A stretch of 64,000 nt of DNA from Octopus vulgaris (taxonomy: Eukaryota). Of the stretch, positions 53,968-64,000 are shown piece after piece. The translations under genes were made by a program, and so were the position numbers. The notes below the pieces were generated by a model. It ran no database searches, was not told the DNA's origin, and saw only the letters and a list, made by a program, of their open reading frames with translations. Each line of letters begins with the position of its first letter. Position 1 is the stretch's first letter. The DNA is taken from contig OX597827.1 in assembly GCA_951406725.2 (NCBI GenBank), positions 81,344,001 to 81,408,000 on the forward strand, written 5' to 3'.

Positions 53968-54523
53968 GTGTTTGGTTCTGTCAGTATTTATTAAGATATT
54001 GTACAGCGTATATATTAACATTTCAGCATGAGCAATATGTTGTATATTGTTAATTTTGTGTATAATCACTGGTGTATATATTTTTAAACATGGCTATATA
54101 ATGATGAGAAATCTTGCTTGTTGAAGCCTTTTTTTCTCGTTTATCTTCGATGATCAAATTTCTTATATACAGTCATGTTCATATTTCTCTAATTATAGAT
54201 TTGCATAACGCAAACTGTGTATTTAGAGTTTATTGTGTATTGAACAGTGTAAAGATGTAGAATATTCCGTAGGATAGGGAGAATATTTACAGTTTAATGT
54301 ATAATAAAAGTGTATATATTTTCTACATATTTCTATCAGTGAGACTTCTATGTATCTCCTGCAGTCTATATGACATACAAAACTGTCTATAACTGCACAT
54401 TTACAGTATATAATGTTTAGCAGTGAGTGTATATGCTAAACCCTCATAAACTATGTCAGGGAGACGTCTAAAATGACATAAATCAGAAAGAAGCATAGTC
54501 TAAAGAATAGAGCAGTAATTATT

Positions 54524-54729
54524 ACAAGAAAAGTTTTATAAGTTGGACATGGAGTTACCCAAGGTTTCGCATCTACAAAGCCTCGACTTCTGAGCATTTT
54601 CTCACATCTGCAATGCAGAGATTTTAGATTTTGTATTTGTATAGAGTCTGACGAGATGTCCACAAGGCTTTGCTTTGTGGATGCAAAACATTGGGTAACT
54701 CTGTGTCCAAGATATAAAATTTTTGTTGT
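54524..54729. mobile_element. Fold-back Penelope-derived element with a mutated hammerhead motif (54641-54704)
   Basis: 58-bp imperfect inverted arms (54524-54581 / 54672-54729). Plus strand atagagt CTGACGA g..stem..c AAAA cattggGTA actctgt; the other arm retains gcGAAAccttggGTAactc. Confidence 0.6.
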
Positions 54730-54809
54730 TATATATATATATATATATTTACACACATGCATAAACACACAAACATATATATCCTATTATGCATACATAC
54801 ATACATACA

Positions 54810-54864
<55 letters not shown>

Positions 54865-55105
54865 CACTCTGCATGAAAGTCATTCATCTCTCATATAAAC
54901 ATCATGGTACATAAGAATTGTTATAAATCTATATCTGTCAAAACTATATCTGTCTGTTTGAATATCCATCACTCTGACCATCCGTCTCTCTGTCTGTTTG
55001 TCTGTCTGTGTGTCTATCTGTCTGTCTCTTCTCCTCTCTGTCTGTCTCTGTTTTATTTCTTTGATATGGAATATAATATTGTTGTTATAATTCAATATAC
55101 TTTAG

Positions 55106-55274
55106 GGTCGTTTCCAGTGGAAGGGACCAAAACACTGAGGCCCAGTTCTGTTGCTATTGGATACAGGGGACAACTGACAGATTCTTCTGTTCTCACTAAA
55201 ATGGGATGACTTTAAGTTATTAACTTGAAGAAATCCAATCTTTTAATTTGGATGTTGAAGCATTCCTACTTTCG
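55106..55274 (+). other. Unit 5 second 5'UTR exon (169 nt, diverged)
   Basis: tactttag|GGTC ... TTCG|gtaagg; 39 nt longer than in units 1-4. Confidence 0.65.
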
Positions 55275-55489
55275 GTAAGGTTTTCTGATTTCTGTAAAGG
55301 ATTTTATTGAGAAATCATCCAGAATTATTTTACCTTGATTGTTCAATACAGTTTTAAATGAATCTATTTCCAGGAAAGAAATCTTAATTTTCATTTGACA
55401 TCTAGATTAATTAATTTCAAATGTGGTTAGAATATTATTCAATGTGATATTCAGACATATGTCACATAATATCATGCTAACATATTTTG

Positions 55490-56057
55490 ACATCTCATAA
55501 ATAATGTGTTTTATTTATACTTCTCTTATTTTTCAAAATTAAGATAAACGAAGTTCTTTTTAATCTAAACTATTCTCTCTTTCATTTTCTACAATGCTCT
55601 TCCTTCTGTCTGGGAGACTTGCAAGGCCCTTCTTCCAAAATTCACTTGTCTGCGACAAAAAATACTCTTCCAGTTCTATTCTAAACTCGTCTAGAGAATT
55701 CATATTTTTCCCATCCAAGTGATTTTGAAGACTGTGGAATAAATGATAATCAAATGGGGCAATGTCCAGTGAATATGGTGGATGGGGCATCGTTTCCCAT
55801 TCAAACTGTTCCAGCCTTTGGAATGTCATCCTCACTGTCTGTGGCCAAGCATTATCCTGATGGAAGATCACTTTTCATCTCGAAACCAGAGACGGTCATT
55901 TTTCTTCTAACACTCACTTAAGCCATTCAAGCTGCCAACAGTGGATCTCCTTTGTTATCATTTGGTTTGGGTTTAAAAGTTCAAAGTGGACTAAACCTTT
56001 CATATCCCATCAAACAGATAACAACACCTTATGTGGGTGAAGACCTTCTTTAGCCTG
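55490..56057 (-). mobile_element. Mariner transposase 3' fragment in unit 5 intron 2
   Basis: IFHQDNAWPQT...WETMPHPPYSLDIAPFDYHLFHSLQNHL; boundaries approximate. Confidence 0.85.
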
Positions 56058-56336
56058 TTAATGCTTAACTTATATTTGTATAATGAGTACCTCTACACAG
56101 AGACACACAGAATAAGGGAGTGGGGGAGAAGAAGAAAAAGACGAAGAATTGGAAGAAGAAGAAGAAGAGGAAGCAACAGCAGCAGCAGCCTGTTGAGATG
56201 ATCACTTTGGGATGAAAGTTTTCTTTTAATGAAAAAACAGTGTCTGATGTTAAGTTGAAGTTAACTTTGATAATATCGTCTGATAAAATTATTTGAGGTT
56301 TGAGTAAGTAATTACTAATTAGAAAGATATATATAT

Positions 56337-56412
<76 letters not shown>

Positions 56413-57086
56413 GTAGCATCACTATCATCCTTGAATTTTGATGTTGAATAAAAGAATTGACGTTAATGCTTCTATAGTTAAATAAGAATAATTCTGTCAA
56501 TTCATGGAAAGACTAGTTAATAGAAAAGAGATTGAGATATCTATATTTTGAAGAAAATATGCAATTGTGACAAGAAATTTCAGACCATTCCATGTTTTAA
56601 AAATTTCTCCCCAGTGCATTCCTTACATAAGGGAGACAATCAAACATTGCACCACAATATATGCAGTTACCTCCCGTATTTATTTTCAGTATCTCCACGT
56701 TTAAGGAGATATTTAAGACTACTTCGAAGAAGTCTGAAATTCTTATCAAATACACTATTGCCATGCTCTTGGTGGATATAAATCACTGGATTTATATCCA
56801 ACTTTACAAGCATGTACCATGTTCTTTCTAATAAGTAAAACTGCATCATCTGTAATAAAGGGTTCTCTTGATAGAAAACAATTTAGTGAATAATGCCACG
56901 ACATACACTAAGACATATCATAAATGTTCACTCCTTTCTTTCAGCTTTACCATAATTGACATGAAATTTTTAACAATTTCAACAAAAAATTCTTTTTAAA
57001 ATCTCAAACATTCAGTGAAATTTTTCAATAAAAATTTTCTTCTGTAATTTCAGATAAACTCACGAGATATGATTTAACATTCTGTG

Positions 57087-59510
57087 ATGGAAGTAGGCTG
57101 TGTGTGGAATACATACTTACTTGCAAATGTCCTCAATCTATTACTACACAGTTGTGTCTGTGTAGATCTGAGCTATCATGTAGAAGAAGAAAGCAGTCCC
57201 TTTACTTTTGTTGGGGATATTGCTGCTGACACACAGATGGAAGAAACGGACTCTCTTGTGGGAAATAACTTCATCACATACAACCAAATGCAACAGCAAT
57301 GGACAGAGAATTCACATTTATTCAATGTCACACAAGATGGTAAATTGTACACGGCTCAAACATTGGATGCAGAGAAACTGTGTACATACGAATCAGATTG
57401 TGTTAGATACATCAAAGTTGCTGTACGTAGAAGGAAGACATTTTTGAAAATTATTAAAATTCAGGTTATTATAGAAGACATTAACGATCACAGCCCTGAG
57501 TTTGCTCAGACACAACTGAATATTACATTTGATGAACGTGATGGAGAAGGAGCCGAAAGATTAATTCCAGATGCCTTTGACAAAGATGTTGGAATGGAAA
57601 ACTCTGAAATTACATATAAATTGAAGAAACAATTTAGTGATCCATTTATATTGTCTGTGAGAAAAACCATCACAGGAAGAGCAAAGATAGGAATTATTCT
57701 TGGAGAAAAACTAGACAGAGAAATACAAGATAGTTACAATCTAGAAGTGATAGCTAATGATGGAGGGCAACCTTCAAAAGAAGGAATTTTACAAGTTCAT
57801 ATAAAAATAATTGATGTTAACGATAACTCACCAGTTTTTTCAAAACATATTTACAATATTTCCATCAAAAATACACATCCTAACAACAACCCTATTTTGA
57901 CATTGTCTGCAAAAGACCCAGATTCTGGCAACAATGGTAAAGTGTCTTATTTCTTTAGTCCGGAAACACCAGAACGTACAAGAAGACATTTCAGACTGAA
58001 CCAACAAACTGGGGAATTATTTGTAGAAAAACCATTAACATCACAAACAAAGAATATTCTCAAGATGTATGTGGAGGCGAAAGATGGAGGGAATCCTTCT
58101 TTAAATTCCTTTGCCATTGTACGGGTGAATATTCTCAATGAAAAGAACCATCCTCCCAAAATAGGGATCAATTTTGTGTCTGAATTGAAGAAGGACACTG
58201 CAGCGATTTACGAAGGAACTAAAGTGGGCAGTTTTCTTGCTTATGTGAATGTGGTGGACAACGATGTTGGAGCAAATGGAGAAGTGAGTTGTAAATTAGA
58301 ACATGATAAAGTTGTCCTCTCACATTTAGGATCAAAGGAATACAAGATTACTCTGAAGAAACCACTTGACAGAGAAAAATTAGACCATTTTAACATGAGA
58401 ATTGTGTGTGAAGACAATGGAAGCCCTGCTTTAAAGACGGAGAGAAAGATCTCAATCCAAGTAATGGATGTGAATGATGTGCAACCGCAATTTACCAAAG
58501 ATACATTCCACTTCCTCACCTATGAGAATGGTAAAGCAAACTTTCCTATAGGTTTTATCAATGCCACTGACCCAGACCTGGCAAGTGCTGGTCAACTGAC
58601 GTTCTCACTGTTGAGTAAAGACAGAAATAACATACCGTTCCAGGTGAGTGATTATGGTTTTATTACCAGCAACATACCATTGGACAGAGAAGAAGAAGAC
58701 ATGTATAAGTTTGAGGTTTTTGTCAAAGACAATGGTAAACCGTCGTTGAATAACACAGCGAATGTTGTTGTTGAGGTTTTAGACAGAAACGACAATAATC
58801 CGTATTTCATCTACCCTACAACTGACCCTTTCCATATCAATGTCCACTACCGCCCGCAAAGTACCAATGCCATCACTGTGATTAGAGCGTCTGACAGAGA
58901 CAGTCATTTAAATGCGTTCCTCAAATATGGAATACTTGACGGTAACAATAAACGCTTGTTTACACTCAACTCTTTAACTGGTCAAATGTCTTTCTCGCGT
59001 GCACCTCATCTCAACGATGCTGGCTCATACGAACTGGTGCTTGTGGTCAAGGATTCTGGTAGCCCAGTGTTGTCAGCCACAACTACTGTGTCTTTGTCAT
59101 TAAGGGTCACTAACAAGACATCAGCACCGATGCCGACTGTCCACTTAGAGAAGAACAGAACACTGGACGTACCATTATTGATTATCCTTGTAGTAGCAGC
59201 TGTAATAGTAGCTGTGGTGATTGTAGTGTCGATCACACTGTGTATTGTGAAATGTAGCAGTGGTCAGTCTCGCTCTGCCAAGAGCACTAGGAAAGGTGTT
59301 AATAGGTCAGCTATATGTAACAGAATTGATCAACCTTTACCGTGTCAGAGCAGCAGTATTCCTGGTACCCCAGTGAGGTACTCTTCAGAGATGAATAATA
59401 GAAACATGCCATTTGTGGAATGTAAGGAAGATTTCTACCCGCAGTATGAGTCTCAGATAGATTGGTCAAATGTGGGTACCCTGGAGAAGAGTCCACCCAA
59501 TACAATATTG
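57087..59510 (+). CDS. Pcdh: Protocadherin unit 5, main coding exon (808 codons)
   Basis: Same architecture; acceptor at 57054, donor gtaagt at 59511. Confidence 0.95.
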
Positions 59511-59651
59511 GTAAGTTACTTATAATCTATCTGCCAATCTGCCTGTCTCCATCTATCAATCTATCTAGTTACCTATCTGTCTGCATTCTTCCTGTTTATC
59601 TATCTATCTTTCTGTCTCTTGTCTGTCTTCCTAGCCATCTATCTGTCTGTT

Positions 59652-59685
<34 letters not shown>

Positions 59686-61238
59686 CTCATCATTCTGTTT
59701 GTCTTTCTCTCTACCTGTACACCTGTCTGTCTCTCTCTCTATCTTCCTACCTCTCTGTCCATTATTCCACCCATCCACCCTCCTGACTCTCTGTTTATGG
59801 GTCTTTTTGCCTCTCCTTCTTGTTATTGTATATATCCAATCAGATTTATTCTTTTCGCATAATCCTCCCCCTCCTGATCCTCATTGTTGACACTAGTGGC
59901 AGTGGCAGTGCTGGTAATGTCATCACTTTTTTCATCCTCATCATCCTCATCATCTCAGCTGTCCTCATCATTGGAATTACGTTAACTCCCACGATCCTCA
60001 GCCACAGAGTTTCAGCAAGACTCTACACCTGTCATTCAAAATGCTGAAAATAGCTCACAAATTCTTGCAAACCACACTTTAAAGTGAAGGACATACCTGA
60101 CCGTACATTCCTTGACATATATGAATATGGAATCATCAATATGTGACAGCTTTTAATTACTGAGCTGCTCAGTCAGGCTGGCCTGGGGTTAAATACCAAC
60201 AACAGCAACATCATCAATACACTCAGTCTCTGTTCTCCTCTACAAAGGATTGTACTCCTTTTTACTTCCTCTTACAGACCCCATTAAATATAGGGATCTC
60301 TTAGAGACCCGATGAAAGATAGGGATCAAATCCAGAACCTTGAGACAGGCTATAATATGTAAGATTTCTTTAATTAAATAATTAACGACACATAAAGAGG
60401 TAATAACTGTGTGTCTTGTAGACTGGTGCCAGCAGGTTAGGACCAATTTAGTTGATGTTTAGCCTCGACTTGTTCTGGTTGCTGATGATGGAAAGGGAAT
60501 ATAAGGAGGAATGGAATTGCTGTCGGTTACTAACAGTGGGGAAGAAGGATTGTGTGAAGTGTTTAAGTGGAGTCAGGAGTGAGAATGAGAGAATTATAAA
60601 GTAGGCCATGATGAGAAATGAAGTGTTTCTCTGGTTGATATGCTGAGAGGATTTCTTGTGAGAAACAGTTCAGAGGAGCAGAGGATGTTGCCATGGAGAT
60701 GGAATGTGTAAGGAGAATACATAGCACATCTATGAACCAGTGGCTCTTGTGTGAGTCTTTAAAAACCAGTTCAATGTGGTTTTATTGGTAATTCTGTGAA
60801 GGGAAGGCCATTGTACCTTCAGCCCCCAATGCCACCCATCCAGATATCTGGAAAGTACAACTGTGAATGGATATTTGATGAAGTTATATACAGGACGGCC
60901 CAAAAGTAGGTTTACAGTTATCATTCAGGCACTTTAAATTTCTTTTAAAACATTTCATTACATTTCAGTTTTTATCTTACAATTAACTCAATTAGCTTAG
61001 AATAATGGGTTCATATTTTTTCTTCATAATTAAGGTCTAAACTGTTAACACATGAATGCAAAAGAGATTGTTGAATAACTGTAAACCTACCTTTGGGCCA
61101 CTCTATATGTGGGGCCTATAATGAGGGGCCAGTACAAATTATGTGAGGTCAGACATAGTGTCTGTCATAATGTCAGTTGAACATTTGATCAAACAAGTTT
61201 TATTCAATGTTGTCAAATTGTTTCTTTTCCCATTCCAG

Positions 61239-61262
61239 TTACCAACAAGAATTAAGAAATAG
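61239..61262 (+). CDS. Pcdh: Unit 5 terminal coding exon (LPTRIKK*), diverged copy
   Basis: tttcttttcccattccag|TTA CCA ACA AGA ATT AAG AAA TAG: only synonymous changes (AAA>AAG, TAA>TAG), although the intron is largely unalignable. Confidence 0.7.
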   Translation, partial: LPTRIKK

Positions 61263-61889
61263 ACCCACATCACTGCCAGAAAAACAAATATTATTACACA
61301 AATAGACTTGAGAATATTCTGTCAAGATCTTACCATTCTGGAACATTCCATGAACACACACACATGCACATGCACACACATACACACACACACTACAGTA
61401 GGTCACACACTGATATACACCCTAGAATTCTGAATCCATATTCTATCAAAGTTCACACTACATTACTACATAATATGTATGTGTGTATGTATATATGTAC
61501 ATATGTTGATTAATGTGTGCATGTTCAGAACTTATGTATGTTTATATACATATGTTTATATATGTATGTGTGTGTGTGTGTGTGTGTGCATGTAGACTGA
61601 AAGAGAGGGACTAATAATGGATTAGTAACCAAGGTGAAAAACTGGTCTTTTTGGCTCTGAGGAAGATGGCTGGGGCTAAGGGGTTCCCCATGTTTTCAGT
61701 CAATGAATCAAATGACTGAACCACGAATGCACCCAAACACATATCAGAAACAGCTCTAAATCTATAAGAAAAGAACAAATATATATAACTCATTATTTTC
61801 TGTCTATTTTATAAATATATATAGAGATAGACACACCCACACACATGCACACGCACACGCGCGCACGCACGCACACACACACACACACA

Positions 61890-62719
61890 CAGAGGGTGCG
61901 GTGAATATATTGTCTAAATTATGCAAAAATGAAAATAACACTGACATCTCATTTTAACAAATATATTTACCAAAATTACATAAAAATATCTTGAAATATT
62001 AAAGAGTAAATTTATTCAATAAAATTGCCATTGGCTTTAACCATGGCCTCCAGATGACTTTGGAATCTCTTGCAACTCTTCAGGGCGGTCTCCTTGTTTA
62101 AGTTGGTGAATGCTGCCATAATCCTTGCCTTCAGTTCTTCTTTGGTGTTACAAGGAGTTTACTTGGTCTCTCGCTCAACTGTGCCCCACACATAATTATC
62201 AAGGGGGTTGCAGTGTGGGAAGTTAGGTGGCCAGATGTTAGGGGTGGTGTGGTTGCAGAAATTGTCTGACAGCCATGACTGGGTTCTTCTGCTTGTGTGG
62301 TATGGTGCAACCATCCTCTTGACCCAGGGCAGCACTCCCTCCTCCAGGCACTTGATGTCGGCCTCTGTGTTGAGTCTGAAGGCATGTGGGAAGACGATTG
62401 GAGGCATAACATCCCCATCACTAGTGATTACTCCAAACACCATGATGTTGGCTGGATTTTATCACTCTTGGTACATGTCCTCAGATTCACACCCAAACAC
62501 TCTGAAATGTCCATACTGGAGTCTCTGGCATAACTGCTAAGCAGTAAAGCATGTCGTTTACAAATTTCTGGCAGAGTAACTTGTGTCATGGTGGTGTTTT
62601 TCTCATGAGACGGTGCCCAACTGATCCTACTATACTGTGTAGTTGACAAATTCAAAAACCATGTGCATGTGTGTAATTAAAAATATAATATAGCAACAAT
62701 TTACCCATTCCAGCCTCTG
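61890..62719 (-). mobile_element. Internally deleted maT/DD37D-like transposon
   Basis: MVFGVITSDGDVMPP..APYHTSRRTQSWL..IWPPNFPHCNPLDNYVWG; degenerate TIRs cagagggtgcggtg / cattccagcctctg. Confidence 0.8.
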
Positions 62720-62743
62720 TTTGACTCTGTGTGTGTGTGTATT

Positions 62744-62969
62744 ACAAATGACACAAAGGGAAAATGGAATTCATGAGATTGCTTATTAATCATAATAAAT
62801 ATTTCAACACATTTTGCATTTGTCCTTTGCTGGTGAGATTTGGAATGACTGGTTGGGGTACATCATTTGCTGCACCGCATGATTCAAAGAACCAGTGCAA
62901 GATTGGTCGAAATCATTATTGTGATTAACAAAAATCTCATGAATTCTATTTTCCCCTTCCCTCATTTGT
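62744..62969. repeat. Imperfect inverted repeat of about 85 bp (fold-back/MITE-like)
   Basis: acaaatga..gggaaaatggaattcatgagatt..ttaatcataata pairs with tattgtgattaa..aatctcatgaattctattttccc..tcatttgt. Confidence 0.75.
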
Positions 62970-63101
62970 TATATACTGGATGGAGATAAAGGAATTCCTG
63001 AAGAAAATCCAGTGGCACTAATAACCAAACTGTTGCTGACATCAGATAGCCAAAGACAGTGAACATGCTTTAAATAGCATACTACAAGATGTACACACAA
63101 G

Positions 63102-63150
<49 letters not shown>

Positions 63151-63165
63151 TGTCATATAGTGTAC

Positions 63166-63198
<33 letters not shown>

Positions 63199-63706
63199 TT
63201 GATATTTATATGGAATTATATAGGTCATAATAGGTCAGGAGGTATGAGAGGTGAATATATTTATGTAACCACTTGATATCTTATGTCTGAGAGGAAATCT
63301 GAGCACTTTCATACACATCCACGCAAAGGAGTCTCTACCAGCCTACTTCACTCAAAAGGTTTCGGTCAGAATTTATGTTTATTTATGTATGTACATCCAT
63401 ATATACAAGTAGAAATATAGACATACATACAGAAATACACACAAATACATGTATATTGAAATTTATATTTAACTACCCTGTATTAACACATATAATTATC
63501 CTATTTTGTATATCTATATACAACACACTCATTTCACAACACAACCGATTGTTACAACAACAATTACACAACACTCCATTGTTATACTATAAACCATAGA
63601 ACTACAAACTGTGTATATTTACACAGCACACAGTCTATACACAGCTCTTATGACACACACACATCACTGCAGTATGTGTGTAGAAGCATTGTGTGTGTGT
63701 GTGTGT

Positions 63707-63855
63707 GCAGCAGACTACAGCAGCAGAAACAACAGCAGCAGTAGTTACAGCCTGAGATCCACATCTCTACTACCACACACACACACACACAGAGTGACAC
63801 ACCACTAGACACTCCCTCACACACTGCCACACTGATTATGGATGAGACAATGGAG
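63707..63855 (+). other. Unit 6 leader exon; the array continues beyond the window
   Basis: Identical leader block, uATG at 63838, GAG|gtaagt, followed by the same intron 1 start. Confidence 0.75.
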
Positions 63856-64000
63856 GTAAGTCTACATCTATCTTCTTTCATTTCCCATCTTTCCTCTTTA
63901 ATATCATGTGAAAATATATAAGAGACAAGAGAACACCAAAGGGACATTCAGAGAAACACCCTTATATCACTCACAAATATCAGCAAATGTTTTACTCACA

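Larger units (their letters stand above)
17902..64000 (+). repeat. Tandem head-to-tail protocadherin gene array (5 full units plus start of a 6th)
   Basis: Start codons at 20835, 28709, 38071, 46851 and 57087 (spacing 7874, 9362, 8780, 10236 bp); leader block repeated six times. Confidence 0.97.

Noticed and set aside
20832-59525. Supplied ORFs of 813-873 aa taken as full single-exon proteins starting at GTG
   Set aside because: The eukaryotic start is the ATG 3 nt later. The ORFs diverge exactly at a shared GTAAGT donor, so their C-termini are most likely translated intron.
20835-64000. Strict vertebrate-style model: variable exons with no 3' end of their own, spliced only to shared constant exons
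   Set aside because: Each unit has its own conserved, phase-compatible terminal exon. A distal shared exon cannot be excluded, but nothing in the window shows one.
17902-64000. CRISPR-like or prokaryotic system suggested by the regular repeats
   Set aside because: The repeats are multi-kb eukaryotic gene duplications with spliceosomal introns; there is no repeat-spacer array or cas gene.

Overview
AT-rich, microsatellite-dense animal genomic DNA, most likely a coleoid cephalopod (Octopus-like; inferred from the protocadherin type and repeat content). About 17.9-64 kb is a head-to-tail array of near-identical protocadherin genes on the + strand: five complete units spaced 7.9-10.2 kb apart, plus the first exon of a sixth. 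Reading the splice signals gives each unit four exons: a leader exon ending ATGGATGAGACAATGGAG|gtaagt, a 130-nt (169-nt in unit 5) 5'UTR exon, one large exon (808 codons: signal peptide, six cadherin repeats, TM, cytoplasmic part) ending at a phase-0 donor, and its own tiny last coding exon (LPTRIKK*). The predicted protein is 815 aa; the supplied 813-873 aa ORFs run on into the intron. Amino-acid differences between paralogs cluster in EC1-EC4 (mostly early EC2 and EC3) in a recombinant patchwork, while EC5-EC6, TM and tail are almost invariant. Positions 1-17.7 kb are mostly decayed transposons (maT/mariner, hAT with a nested CR1, RTE, Penelope-like, SINEs), plus the probable last exon of an upstream paralog, an E-box cluster and several hammerhead-ribozyme motifs. 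All exon models come from sequence signals only and need RNA evidence.
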